Below are positions 51,025 to 64,000 of a stretch of DNA of 64,000 bases, in pieces. Made by a program: the position numbers and the translations under genes. This stretch comes from Lama glama. Lineage: Eukaryota. The notes under the pieces were generated by a model that was not told the origin of the DNA, did no database searches, and saw nothing but the letters and a program-made list of their open reading frames with translations. Location of the stretch: contig CM052817.1 of NCBI GenBank assembly GCA_028534125.1, forward strand, positions 21,640,001-21,704,000, in the 5' to 3' direction. Numbering within the stretch: the stretch's first letter is position 1; each line of letters opens with the position of its first letter.

Positions 51025-54000
51025 CCACACTGTTAAATAAAAACATATGTACCTTTGTCCCATGGGGGCATCAATGATAGAATAATCATATGTGTACAGA
51101 AATTTTTAAGAAACCTTTAGAAAATTCAAGAACACCTTCCTCTTTAGCCTCATAATTTGTAGTTTTCTAATGTCTACTGGGATAATTCTGATACAAAGGA
51201 ACTCACCACTAAAGGAAATAAATAGAAAATAAATACCATTTAATAGTGAGAGCTATATTTGCATAGTAATGATGAGTTCAGTCTCACATCATACATGCCT
51301 CATATTCCTTTGTACATTATATTTTAATAATCTGAGCAGTCATTGGTCTTCCCTAATAAAGTGTAGGCTCTTTAAATCAGAAGCAGTATTTTCTTCATCC
51401 TTCTATCCTCAGGTCCTGGTACAAAGCATTCTTTAAAAGGAATTTCTGAATGAAAACATTAAGATATTATGAAATAATTGTTCTCAGAAATTAAATATTG
51501 GCATAGTTATCAATATTAGGTAATGAACAAGACAATTAAATAATGAAAGTGATGAATTGGCAAAGGTGGCTTAGTGTTTGAACGCAGAACAAATTCAATG
51601 AGATGAAGATGAGAAACTTAAAAAATATTTCTCTAAATGAGACTCATAGTTACAGGAACTTAGACTAAGGTGGCAGCAATGGATGTAAATAGTCCTCTGG
51701 GACATACTGCAGAAGAAGAATGGATTGTCCTGAATGACTACGTGAATAAATGAAATGAAGAAAATAATTAAATGTGAGATCCTGTTCCTAAGGATGTTGC
51801 TGAAGAAGACTTATAGTATTATTGACATAAATGTAGGAATTAAGAAGCATATTGTATTAGGAATAAAATATCAAATATTAGTGTTTGGATTTTGAGATAA
51901 CACTCAGGCATTCAAATGTAAATTTCTTTCTCTAAATTTGGAAATATAGGAGTAGAGGATTAATTAAAATAAAAATCAACATGTAGAGTTTTACTGAAGC
52001 AGCAACAGCTGTATTGTGAGCCTAGATTAATTGGGGGGAATTATGAACAGTACATTTTCAAAAGCAGAGGAATCAACATTGAGCTCTGACTTAGAGACTG
52101 GAAATGCTACCATTTATTGAATGTGTAGTGTGTGCCAACTACAGACAGGAACTGGGGTTTAGAGAGGATAAGGGAGTTGCCTGTGATCACACGACTACTA
52201 AATGCTATCAAATAGAAGATCCAGGATTCATCCTCACTCCATTTCAAAATCTTCTTTTCCTCACCAATTCTAACAAAGGTAACACACATGGAAAAGACAG
52301 AAAAAGAAAGGTAAATCCAGGTTTTAACACAGATGAGTATTTTAAGAATGGGTTATTAAATGTATAGGTTGATACGTGAAGAAAAAGTTGAAGATGATGA
52401 AAATGAAATGTGATACAAGGATCAAGCTGTCCTTGAGTGGCCATGCCTGTAAAATCATATCACTGTTTTCTGGCCATCATTATGTAATAAGTAGGTTATC
52501 CACGGATCGTCTAGTGATTAAAGTTCTTAAGTTTCATAAACAGTCTTCCCCAGAAGTGCTTCTAGCAAATTTGTCTTGAAAGATTTCCATATCCCTGCAC
52601 ACTCAAGGTCTCATGTAACTGACAGGATACTGACAGGGGCAATTTTAAACTGTTAAAAGACTGCTGTATTTGATTTTTCCCTGTGTTGATTTCAGCAAAA
52701 GAGGAGGAAATGTTCATTATGCCAAAAAGAATGTAAAACACAAAACATGATGCCAGTTTCTGAGACTTTTCCATCCAAGTTTTCTCCTACCAAATGACAG
52801 GAATATGTCAAAATTATAGTCAGGGAAAACGAAGTAAATGTTGGTTGATCTCAAGCTAAGGAAGTAGTTACCGTTAACAAGCTTTGCAATTGTACAAACC
52901 CCTATTTATGTATAACAGAACATGATTTTATATTAGCCAGAAAAGATGACAGGGAAAGGGGTAATATTCACTGCCATAAAAATGATCTTCACTTATATGG
53001 GGCAGGTTTCATTCTTTGATTTTGAATTTGATATAATGTTCAACCTAATGAAAATGTTGCAGCAAATAAAATGCACTTCCACTGCACAATCATTTGTGAT
53101 TTTGTATGAATTAGCTTTGAATAAATTCAGTTCTTCATAAATGAAGTTATTTAGTTGTCCAACATTAAACTGCTCACTATATTGTGAACAACAGAAGAGA
53201 AAAGGATAATTTAGAACAGTATTAAGAAAAAAAAAGTTCAGTAAGGGAAAATGCAAGGTTTAGTCAAAACAGACAATTGGGAACAAATGGCAAGGAGCAA
53301 AATACACTAATTGAAAACCAGGCAGGAAATTTTTCCATTTCTTCCTTTTTTAGTGCACTGATTAAAAAAAAATAGTTAATTAGCACACATCACCAGATCT
53401 ACTCCACACTGGGAGTTTAACCTTGTAATTTTGTCATTTTTTTCCAGAGAAGCGGGGTGTTTAATGAAAGCACCATTAAGTTATAAATGCATAATGATGT
53501 GTATTGTCGATAGACCGGAGACTATTCAAAACATTCCTTTGTAAATGTTGCATGTTTCCAGCATTTATCTACCACTTCATGTTTACCAAGTGCTTTATTC
53601 TGATTCAAAAATCTATTTCTCAAAATCATGTGGAATGTATTTTTTAAAGGCTATTAGAACACACAATGGTGACACTTCTCTTTGGTTTATTTTTACTAAC
53701 AGTTTATATCATTTACATTATTTAACCACGATTACTTCCAATGATATTGGAAAGTGCTGCAATTCTGCAGCATCCACTAGAACATCCTGACTCAATTCTT
53801 ATTTATCTGTTGTCTATTGTGAGAAGCATGAATGTACGTGCTGGGTCCTTATCTTTTCAGAGACTTTACATCTATCTGAGGAATCAGATTTCCTATCATG
53901 TGTGTTGAACTGTAAAACAAGGCAGTTGAATCTCAGGCAGCTTCTTACACCTACATTGATGCAAGATTTCTTGAGGCATGCCCTCTGGCATTCACTACCA

Positions 54001-54061
54001 CACTCAAAATAGCCCCAACTTAATCACCCAGGGAAGAAATAACTGCATGCAGATGACTCAC

Positions 54062-54305
54062 AATAATAAAAGGCAGCATTAGTCGAGCATGCTTTCTGCA
54101 TCAGACATTGTGTTAAGCATGTTTATCGAGTATTCAGCCTTTGGTGGCTCATCATAACTCCATGAGGCAGCTGTTATAATTATTCCCCATTTTTAGATGA
54201 GAAAACTGAGTTTTACAGAGTCTAAATTGCCCAACATTGTATAACTAGATGAGCTGGAGCTGGTATTCACATTCACATAGCCTGAATCCAGACTCTTTAA
54301 TCTAG
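54062..54305 (-). mobile_element. MIR SINE
   Basis: MIR core 'tattccccatttttagatgagaaaactgag...ttgcccaa...ggagctggtattc'. Confidence 0.85.
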
Positions 54306-54529
54306 TGAAATATACTTCCTCCCCATTTCATTGGGGACCTGGAATGCCTCACCCTAGTGACTATTTAAACAAGCACTGTTTTAGTTTAGCTATCCTTCTA
54401 TTCCCCTAGTTACAATAAAGAGGACAAGCAGAGCCAGGATTATTCCATTAGGTTGAAAAAATAATTTCCCACCTACTTTTGTCTGTCAGGATTCGCCTCA
54501 CACACTTTGGCTTATGATGCACCTGAGTT

Positions 54530-54553
54530 GACAGACAGACAGACAGACAGACA
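54530..54553. repeat. (GACA)n microsatellite
   Basis: 'gacagacagacagacagacagaca'. Confidence 0.9.
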
Positions 54554-56521
54554 CAAAATAATCCAGTCAGAACTGTTTAAGCTTTGCCCAGCCTCTGTAT
54601 ATAGTCAGGAGGGCAGCTGTTCCTGTGATGGCAGATTCTCTGGGGATGCCTTGGCTGTGACTACCCATATGATTATGATCGCAGATTTCAGCCTGGCAAA
54701 GCGAGAGCATATTCTGACCAGTGCAAGTGGAAGGAGACAGGGTCATGCATTCAGAGTATTGGGGAATTATACAATTTCAGAGTTGGAAAGGCTCAAAAAG
54801 TTTCCCATCTCTTCATATTAACACTATCTGACCCAATTCAAAATGATCATTATGCATCCCATCACAGCAGAAAGAGGAGAAAGCCTTTGTTAACTGGGCT
54901 GCTCAGAATGTTCTAATTATTTTAACTGTAGTATCTAGTTGTCTTTTGTGGTCTGACTGTTATATGTTGCAAAGGTGGGGGGTAAAGTTACAATATGTTG
55001 TATAGGAAGGGACAGATAACACAAAGACAGCACTGACTCAGGGATATCACCTCAGATGGTGGTGGGTCTTGCTCTCTCTTGCTTCAATTGCTAATACATT
55101 CTTACAGTCCAATCTAGGTACCAAGCCAACCCTAACAAACCTGGCAGCAGTATTTTGAGCTCTATTACCGCCTTGCTGTATTGTTGTGGGCCACAGATAC
55201 CGACAAGCTAAAAGAGTTGTAGTTTTCACTCCTGCCACTTTTCCTTTGCGAAGTTTCACTCCCTTGACAGAGATTTAGCCCCTGCTGTTTTCACCCAGTC
55301 TCTCAAATGGGGCTTGTGTCTGGACTGCTTTCTCTTTATGAGTTTTTCCACATTAGGTCTGAATCTTGCCTTCAACCCCAGGGCATTTGGCTAGGATACC
55401 CACAAAATAACTTCTCCTAGAAGTTGAGCTTTTGATTTCTGACTCCCAAGTCATCATACTATTACTGATTCTGATTTACCTTAGATGGACCTATTACACC
55501 ATGGCTCTCTCACCTCACAATATTTATTGCTTCAACAATATCCTCCTTGTTATCCTTCAGCTCTTGGACAGTGCCATAAGCTCACAATGGGCAACAGTTC
55601 CTCTTTACGACCTGGTCTAATGTTCACATACTTTTGAGGCTTTTCATAATGGCAGATTTTCCTCTTAGATCCAGTCTTACCTTTTATTTTCACTGGTTGT
55701 CCATCACTTGGGTTTCAATGTGCTTTTTTCAAATGTTCTTTTTTTTCAATGTTCTTTTTCAAAATTGATAGTAGGCCATTTCTTATTATTCTTTCTAACT
55801 ATAAAAAACGTATTTTTAATATTCCTCTGGACATAAAAGGAGGGTTCAACCTCAGGAAAAATCCAATAAAACATGTTATGCCCAAGTGCAATCTCCACAA
55901 AAATTATGACAGCAATAACTTTTTCTTCTGAAATGTATTTCCAATTTTTTGGAATAATCTTCTTGTTTTAAGGAAAATCCTTAATCCTATCAGCTAAGAG
56001 GTTTTAATAGATGGCTTTTAAGCCTTTGGTATTATCCAAAAATAATCTATTTAGGAATAAAAGTGGCATTAAGAAAGTGGTTGAAGAGGCTTTGCCTCAA
56101 CTTTCCGTAGTGCATCAGTCTCTGTACACTTAAAGAAATGAACTGCCTTTAAATAGTCTAATGGCTTTTAGAGGCACTCTAGTAAAACAGCACTTCCTTT
56201 CAGTTATTTGATGCACTAAATGTATTTCTGCTCCAGTAGTTTCACGTTAAGTGTTCCTTTCTCCTAAATTGTTTTTCTATTTGCATATATATCTCTATAG
56301 CTATAGATGTATAGTACATTTTGCACAACTAAAGAAAAGTAGTTTAAATCTAGAAAGTTCAAATGTAAGAAGTGTAGTCCCCAGCAACTCTTTACTATGT
56401 CTTCCCAAATTGCTTTTTTTTTTTCTAATTCAGGACTTCTGTTTATTTCAAGTGGTCTTCATTTTTATTACTTGAATTTTATGTTTATAGCGATTAATCT
56501 CAAATGTTCATTCAAATACTT

Positions 56522-56770
56522 ATCATTAACAGTCAATTTTTAGTGAATACTTTATTAGTGGCTGATACTGTTCTAAGTACTTACATGTATTAATTTATTT
56601 AATACTCTCAAGAACTCTTTAGAGTAGGTGCTATTATTATCCTCATTTGATTGGTTAAAAAAAGGAAAGAGGAGTTAAATAACGTGTACATAGTTGGACT
56701 GGTAGAGGAGGAAACTGCATCCATCAAACTGGTTCTGAAGTCAGACCTCATAGCATTAGCCCCTGCGCTA
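56522..56770 (-). mobile_element. MIR SINE
   Basis: 'tactgttctaagtacttacatgtattaatttatttaatactctcaagaactct...gtaggtgctattattatcctcattt'. Confidence 0.85.
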
Positions 56771-57589
56771 TTTTGTTGAAGAGCAGAGAATCTTCGTAAC
56801 TCACTGAAGGCCACCTAAATAGTGTTTGATACAAGGGGGATTTCAATCCAAGTTTCCCATCTCCAATTCCAGCACTGTTTATTTTCCTGTGAAACTTTTC
56901 ATAATAAACTGCTTCTCATAATGCTATAAGAAACTCGGCACTCCCTGCTGTGATCCTAGAAGTGGGCATTTCAAAATACTTTTGTCAAGAGGGATATCAA
57001 GAAACCTTTTCTAGCACTTTCCCCATCACCACCAGTTACATCCTCAATTGGAGAAATTCATTAGGGAATATTTTGTCAATACAGAACCTTTGCAGAAGGA
57101 TAAACATGTCTGGACTGGGGTAGGGGAAGGAAGTTCTTTTTCTCTTTAGCCGGTGTGTTCTGGATTGGTCTCTCTTTGCTAGTAGATACTGTGGGTGCTG
57201 GAAGCAAATGGCAGATATCCTAGTTATTATTATCCTAGATTTAGCTAAAAGGAAAAGATGAATGTGAGAACCAATGAAGGTATTTCTTATTTATTTCAAA
57301 GAGTAATGCATGACTCTCAGATCAAAATTCAACACCAGAGGTCTATGCTAGCACATTTGAGACACTGCCATGTGACACTTTTTTATATATTTACACATCT
57401 AGTATGCATTAAGCACTGTATCAAGCACTAGGTGTAAAAAGAGAGAGAGAAATAGAACATGGATTTTATTCTGCTTTCATCAGTAAGATATGAGGGGGGA
57501 AATGTTACAAGTTTGGAGGAAGGTCATGCTGCCTCCTGACAGAGAACAAGAAGAAACTCTGAATACTTAACTATTAGACTTCTTTATAG

Positions 57590-58550
57590 GCCATACTAGC
57601 TGGTCTTTTGCTGATTCCTTCCCTTCTTGTCAGCCCTTTGCTGTAGAGGTTGAAGCCCTTGAATGAGTCTTGACTTCAAACTTCCTATTTTTTCTCTAGC
57701 ATAAACCTTTTATCTGCTCTGTACTCCAGACATATGCCTCCATTCTCAAACCTAATGTAGCCAAATCTGCATTCCTGACCTCACTCTGTGTTCCCCAAAT
57801 TTCTTCCACTCATAGTCTTCTCAATTCATACAATAGAAACTCTCTTTTCCCCAATTTCTCATTTAAAAACAAACAGAAAAAAATCTAGAACTCATCCACG
57901 AATTCTCTCACAATTCACTTTTAATCAGTCAGGAAATTCTGTTCATTCAACTTTTAAAATAAATCTAGAATCTGAAAGCTTCTCATCTCATTCAACTCAG
58001 ATTTGGGTCCTGATCCCAGCTGTCCTCCTTTATGGTCTGGATGACTGCAATATTTTTTTGAATCAGCTGCCCTGCTTCCACACCTGCACCCTACCCACAT
58101 TCTACTCTTAACACAAAAGCTACAGTCTTCTTATTCATTTCTAAGTCAGACATGGTCCACTGCTCTACCCAAATCCTTCCACTGGCTTCCCATTTCTCCA
58201 CAAGTAGAAGCGAAATTCTCCACAATGGACTGTGAAGTCCAATATGATCTTGGCAACATTACCCTTCTAACCTCACCTGCTACCACTTCCCTCATTCATT
58301 CCAGCCATACTGGCCTCTTGCTACTTTCGGAGCATGTCAGGAACATTGTTACATGATGAATGTTCTGCCTAAAATGTTCTTTCCCAGGTAAGAGCATGGC
58401 TTACTCCTCATTGCCATACGTTTTCACTCAGTCATCTTTCAGTAAAGACGACTACTCCCTCCCTCTCCCTAGTCACTTTTCACATTTTGCACTTCTTTCT
58501 CTCTCTCTACTGTACTCATTATACTCTAGCTCGTGTTTATTACTGTTTTA
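57590..58550 (+). mobile_element. L2 (3' part)
   Basis: Pyrimidine-rich L2 blocks 'aaaataaatctagaatctg', 'ctgccctgcttccac', 'aagtcagacatggtccactgctct...ccttccactggcttcccatt', 'ccagccatactggcctcttgct'. Confidence 0.8.
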
Positions 58551-58559
58551 AGCACGATA

Positions 58560-58755
58560 CATAGATTAATTAATTTAATCCATACGATAACTCAACTGGG
58601 TAGAAATCATTATTATCTCCACCTAAAAAATGGGAACATTATGACACAAAACAATTGACCATCTTATCCAATTTACATTGCTAGGAAGTGGCTGAGCTGG
58701 AATGTAAAACTGACTTGAGATTCAGTTCTCTCAATCACTATGCTGTGCTGCTTCT
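58560..58755 (-). mobile_element. MIR SINE
   Basis: 'taatttaatccatacgataactc...attattatctcca...gctaggaagtggctgagctggaat'. Confidence 0.75.
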
Positions 58756-59918
58756 AGGAGGTATTGCACTATAATCAGCGGTTTGCAGAGAGTTACCCTG
58801 AGGGCACCCAAGGAAGGGAGTTTCCAGGTTGAAGCTTAGGAATTGGCAAGGATGTTTTACAAAGTACAAAGAGTTCACCCTTGAAAGGTGTAATTGCGTT
58901 AGGCCAAATAAATAAACATAACATCACTGGCAGAGGGAATAAAACAAAGACGTAGAATGTTTGGCATGTAGAGAGGACTACATCAAGTTACAGTATTAAT
59001 TGACCATAAAATGCCTAGTCATAAAAAGCCAAGTGCAGTATATACATGGTGGACAGTATGAATACATGCTGGAAAATGAAGTGGGTTGTTACTGTAATTG
59101 AGTTTCCCAGAGCAGGCCTTAAGAAAGGTATTCTGTGAAAGAGCAGGAGAGGAGCCAAGTGAGAAAGTAAGGAAAGGAGAACAATGTGGGGGGCACTGAG
59201 TCAGGGAGTGTGAATCTGGCCCAGTCTCACAAGGGAATCATGTATAATGGGCTTTCAAGGAAAAAATACAAGATAAAAAGTTAGATTAATCCATCTCCTG
59301 GAATGTTTCAGGAAAGCTTTATTAAACTAAAGGTACATTCCTAAATACACACGAATTGTGTAAATATTACCGTGTTTGGCTATTCCCTTGACAAGGGGAA
59401 ATGCCTGTGTCTGAGGAAAATTTTACTTTCTGACAGCCACACCTTCTTAAGTGCCCTTCCAGACAGATTGTCTGTATCTGGCTAATGTGTAATGAACACA
59501 ATGATGAGGAATAAACTTAAATAACAAGGCAAGAGAAATCAGTGGAGGTCCTTAAGGGAGAAATTTGCCTTTAGTGACTAAGAATTGGAGGACCCTAATT
59601 TGGTAGTCAAAAAACTATTTCTGAAATATTTAACAGTTTATAAATGATTCTTTATCATAGAATATAATAATATCTGTCTTACCAACTCACAGTATCATTA
59701 CTGTGAAGATCAGAGAACAAAAAGCATGTTAAGAAAGTTAAAACTGTAATGAACAACAAAGCTTGATATACATAAATGAGTTTATGATTTCTGGTTCATT
59801 CAGTCTCTACCTTCTAGAAATCCTATTGCAGACGCTTAAACACAGTATCTTTGTATATTTGCACAAATATTGGATGTATGTGTTTGTATGTATGGATGTA
59901 AGTTTTCTTCCCTTACCC

Positions 59919-60409
59919 ATAGAAGTAAGCAACATAATGGCCCCCTAAAGATTTCCATATCCTAATTCCCAGAACCCACAGCAAGCAGGGATAAAGTTAC
60001 AGATGGAATGCAAATCGTTAGGCAGCAGACCTTGGAATGGTGAGATTATGCTTAATTATCTGGATGGTTTAAACGTAATCACAAGGGTCCTATATATTTG
60101 GAAGAGAGACACAGAAAAGTACTTACCAGAGGACTGTGACATGAGAAAGACTCAACTGGATATTGCAGGATTTTGAAGAGGGAACAGAGTCATGAGCCAA
60201 GGAACATCAGGCTGATTCTATAAACTGGAAACATAAGGAAGTGAGTTTTCTCCTAGAGTTTCCAGAAGGAATGCAACCATACCAACACCACTAGTTTAGC
60301 CCACTGAGACTTATCTTGGATATCTTATATCAAACTCTTTCAGATAATAAAATTGTGTTAAACCACTAAATATGTGCTGTTTGTTACAGCACCAACAGGA
60401 AACTAATAA
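59919..60409 (+). mobile_element. MaLR LTR, MLT1D-like
   Basis: 'ataatggccccctaaagat...cctaattcccagaacc...gtaatcacaagggtcc...catgagccaaggaa...ttttctcctagagtttccagaaggaatgca...ttgttacagcaccaacaggaaactaata'. Confidence 0.88.
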
Positions 60410-62049
60410 CCACATAGATAACAGAATTCTCCTGCACCTACTTTTGTACTGATGAGTAACACACTTAGGGTTTTGGAAAATAAATTTTGACAATATTTTA
60501 ATAATCATTACTCAGATGAAAGAAGTAATTATAGAGGAATATAACACCTGCAGAGGCAAGAAAACATTAAATGGGTAAGACAATATGTATGAAATTTGTC
60601 AGTCTCTTAAATGTAAGTTTTAGGGTCGCTGTTATTTGGATACAGGAGGGAAACCTGTCTGGGAAAGGAATCTTACCTTTAATTGGGTAGAAAGCACCCA
60701 TTTTCCACTTCCAATAACTAAAATCCTACAGAGAAAAAAAATATATATAGCATTTGTGAGGGAAACACAAATATACACGTATTCTGAATTACTGTAAAGA
60801 ATGCAAAAACCCAGCTATTGGTGAGGAAAGAGAATTCATTGCATATTGTGACAAAAGAGAAACAGCCAATGCTCAAAGACAATGTCTATTTTTTTGGCTA
60901 TTTATGAGCCAATAAAATATTGGATTATAATGAGCTTTGACATTATTAACATAATGTGCAAAGAAAATTAACACTTCCAAGTGCAATGATTTTGTCATAA
61001 ATAGGGAGGGGAAAGAGACCAAAGAGGGAGAGAGAGACTGAAAGAGACAATGGCTTCTGGCACCATCTGTCAGTGTGCTAATAGTTGCTTCTATAGCAGC
61101 AGCAGGTTTTAAGTCAAGAAAATTAAGCATTTGGATGATTCACCGTTGCATCAGCTGTTGTTGTTTGCATTTTACTTTTGCTCATTATCTCTACTAGATA
61201 AAGGCATTGCATATCATGTTGCTTATTCAAAGCAATTATTGACTGAAGGGAAAAAACAAAATCTGCACATAATGTTTTAGAGACCAACAAATGACAAAGG
61301 CAAAAAGAGAAAAGATGCTTAAAAAGTAATTTTTATTTTGTTATATTTTAGAATGATTTTGGAAATAACAGATTTTGAATATCAGAGACGACACATAGAA
61401 CTAGAACTGCTATACCAATTGACGGTCCCTTTTTTCATGTATCCAGCATGAATGATGCTTTTAAAGGGATCAAACACAATTTTTATAGCATATCATCAGC
61501 TCACTTATCCTCAGTATTCTCCATTCTTTCATAATAAGACCTTTACACTCTAGCTAAGATGAATCAGTAAATGCTTCATGCTGGGCTGTTTCTGTGACTA
61601 TCTAAAGCGTCCATCTACAACATCATGATTGCAAATCCAGAGTTCCTTTAAGAGCTTATATAAAAATCACTGCCTCTGTGAAAATATATTGACATGAAAA
61701 ATTAGAAGGTGTTTAATAATGTTAGTAGTAGATGTTAAATAATGGGAACAGAGAAGGAGACTTAGACAATGAAACTTACTCTGAGATTGAATCTGAAAGT
61801 TAAGAATGGAGTGGTCAAGATAGTACCCAGTGGTTGGATGATATAGTGTGAGTGTTTTAAAGTCAGCAATATAACAAAAAATTAGAGGAAAAATATACAA
61901 TCTTTACCAATTTCAACTGTCTTACATAGAAAGCTGCTCATAGTGCTTTGAAAAATCATCGTGCTTATATGAATTTGAAAAGATATTTTCAATTATCTCA
62001 TTTCATTCACTTATCAGAGAAGTGGCATTCTCCAATTTATACTTCCATT

Positions 62050-62228
62050 TTTAACATTTGCCCAATACAAGCTACTCCTGTACTTTCTTTCCCACTGATC
62101 CCTGAACCTAACTGTCTGCCAGTACCTTTGATGGGAATTGGCTGCTCTGAACTGTAAGCTTCTTATCACAGCAGTATACAGTAGACACTTAAACCTTACC
62201 AATCAAGTAAATGAGTGAATAAATGATA
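62050..62228 (+). mobile_element. L2 3' end fragment
   Basis: 'gaactgtaagct...cacagcagtatacagtagacacttaaa...aaatgagtgaataaatga'. Confidence 0.5.
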
Positions 62229-63049
62229 GGCTGAAAGAATGAAAGTCAAGAATTCTTCGTTTGGATATTATTACAGACCTTTAACTAACAAAAGGAGCAG
62301 AACCAGGCAGACTGGACCTTAAAAGGTCAGGATTATAGACTAAATTATGAGCAATTTTAGAAATCCAGGGACATATAGGGATGCACATCATTTAGACTTA
62401 ATGATACACATAACTGAAATATAGAAATAATGTAGCTTCTGTAGCCATTGGCTGTAATACCAAAAAAGTGAGCAAATGATGCATTACCAGAGGGTGCAGG
62501 CCATTACAGAAGGTGGCCAAAAAAGTACGTATATTTTACTTTTTATCCTTGTACTCTTGATATGAACTTATTTACACTAGAAAACCAGACATCTTTTCAA
62601 ACTTTCAGACATATTAAATTATATTTTATAAAAGGCAAATACATAACGTAATATTATCCACCTTTAAGCAGACATAGCAATTCAGTCTGCAGAAACATCC
62701 TGGAATAAGATATCCAACACAGGAAGATGAACTAGTAAGTTTTGGTGTATTTTTAGGCCAGTCCTAAATGAAAAAAGTCCCCAAAACAAAACAAGATGGA
62801 GTAGCTAATGAATAAAACAGTCACTTAGCTGCATGAACTGATGAGCCCTAAGTGTTTGCTAGCATTTTCTCCCTATACTATACTTTACAGATACAATAGA
62901 GACACATTCCACCAACATATTCTGACATATTCATATATTGTAGGCTGTCTGACTCCTGAGGCAGTGAAACATAAGGCCAAGAAAATGTCACTTTTGTTGT
63001 TATTCAACAACACTGTCTACAATACTATTTCCATGTGGTTATGTGTGAG

Positions 63050-63050
<1 letters not shown>

Positions 63051-63093
<43 letters not shown>

Positions 63094-63145
63094 ACATATA
63101 CATATATACATACACATATGTATACTACACATGCACACACACACA
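63051..63145. repeat. (TA)n/(CA)n compound microsatellite
   Basis: A long perfect TA run followed by mixed CA/TA units. Confidence 0.95.
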
Positions 63146-64000
63146 AGAACAATGAATATAGCAGATAAAGTCTCATGTATAATGACTGTATCCTTTCCCT
63201 GTAAAACTCTTAACAATTAGCCTCTCAGAGAGCACAATATAGGTGCTTAAAGGATGTGACTGCTCACCTACTACTGTATTCTAATGTAGTTTTCCTATCC
63301 TTTTACTTTTAACTTTTAGTGACATTGCCATGGCATTTCTTTTAAAAAGACACAGTTCAATCTCCTATAAGCAACTAGTGTGCTATCCTGAGGCCAAAAT
63401 GTGAATCCTCAGTTTGTGAACATGCAGCTGAGCAATCATATAATTCTCCAAAATGGGGAAAAATAACTCCTTGGACAAATGGGAAGAGATACAACAAAAT
63501 ACATTATTAGAACAACTGCAGTTTTATAATTTATGCATTTTTCCCCTACCATAACATCTCTTGGAATCTAACATATATGTAAATTCTAGATATCCGATTT
63601 CACGTGTAGCCCTGAATGAGGCAGTCCATTCTACGACATGCAATCCTTCATTCCTTCCTCTGGCTTAGGTGTGCCCTACACCTCACTTTGGAGTCCACCA
63701 AGGTAACATGGTTTGTTTCAGCATTATTCTTTGACTGAGGTGGGCTAAATTCCATATTGTTATTAAAGAGGACCTACTATATTACATTCATACTTAATAC
63801 ATATTCTCGTTTCTTCCTTGTAGCAAATCTGCCAGGTGGCTATTAGTTCTGTTGTAAGCATGGGTAAAATTGGGCTTTGAAACATTAACAAACTGGTTAA
63901 GTTAACATTTCATAACCACAGACATAGGGTTAAAACCTAAGTTAGAATTCACCAAAATCAACTTAAGACAATTAGGCATGGAATCTTTCTCTTCCTCTTT

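Noticed and set aside
1..64000. CRISPR arrays, operons, defence systems, tRNA/rRNA/snRNA genes, CpG island
   Set aside because: No regularly spaced repeats, no gene-dense ORFs, no recognisable structural RNA and no CpG island. The sequence is mammalian repeat-rich non-coding DNA.

Overview
AT-rich, CpG-depleted mammalian non-coding DNA (gene desert or the interior of a large intron) with two 500-N gaps. The young L1 3' UTRs, a probable Vic-1 SINE tail and the absence of Alu, B1, Bov-tA, PRE1 or SINEC suggest a camelid, which is an inference from recalled consensus sequences. I find no supportable protein-coding gene, RNA gene, CRISPR array or prokaryotic system. The listed ORFs are chance ORFs, decayed L1 ORF2 fragments or N-run artefacts. 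The window is dominated by fossil transposons: L1 of several ages, L2, MIR, MaLR, ERV1 and ERVL LTRs, and a MER81 hAT element. Several are nested, and some have readable target-site duplications (TSDs). Points of interest: (1) a divergent inverted pair of MER34-like LTRs, one pointing into a strong minus-strand splice donor and a downstream exon-like segment (candidate LTR-initiated lncRNA); (2) a ~480 bp young L1 with a TSD, a twin-priming micro-inversion and a short 3' transduction; (3) a near-consensus CTCF site; (4) several repeat-free, motif-dense candidate enhancers. Repeat family names come from recognition, not from a database search. Nothing here is demonstrably a new biological system.
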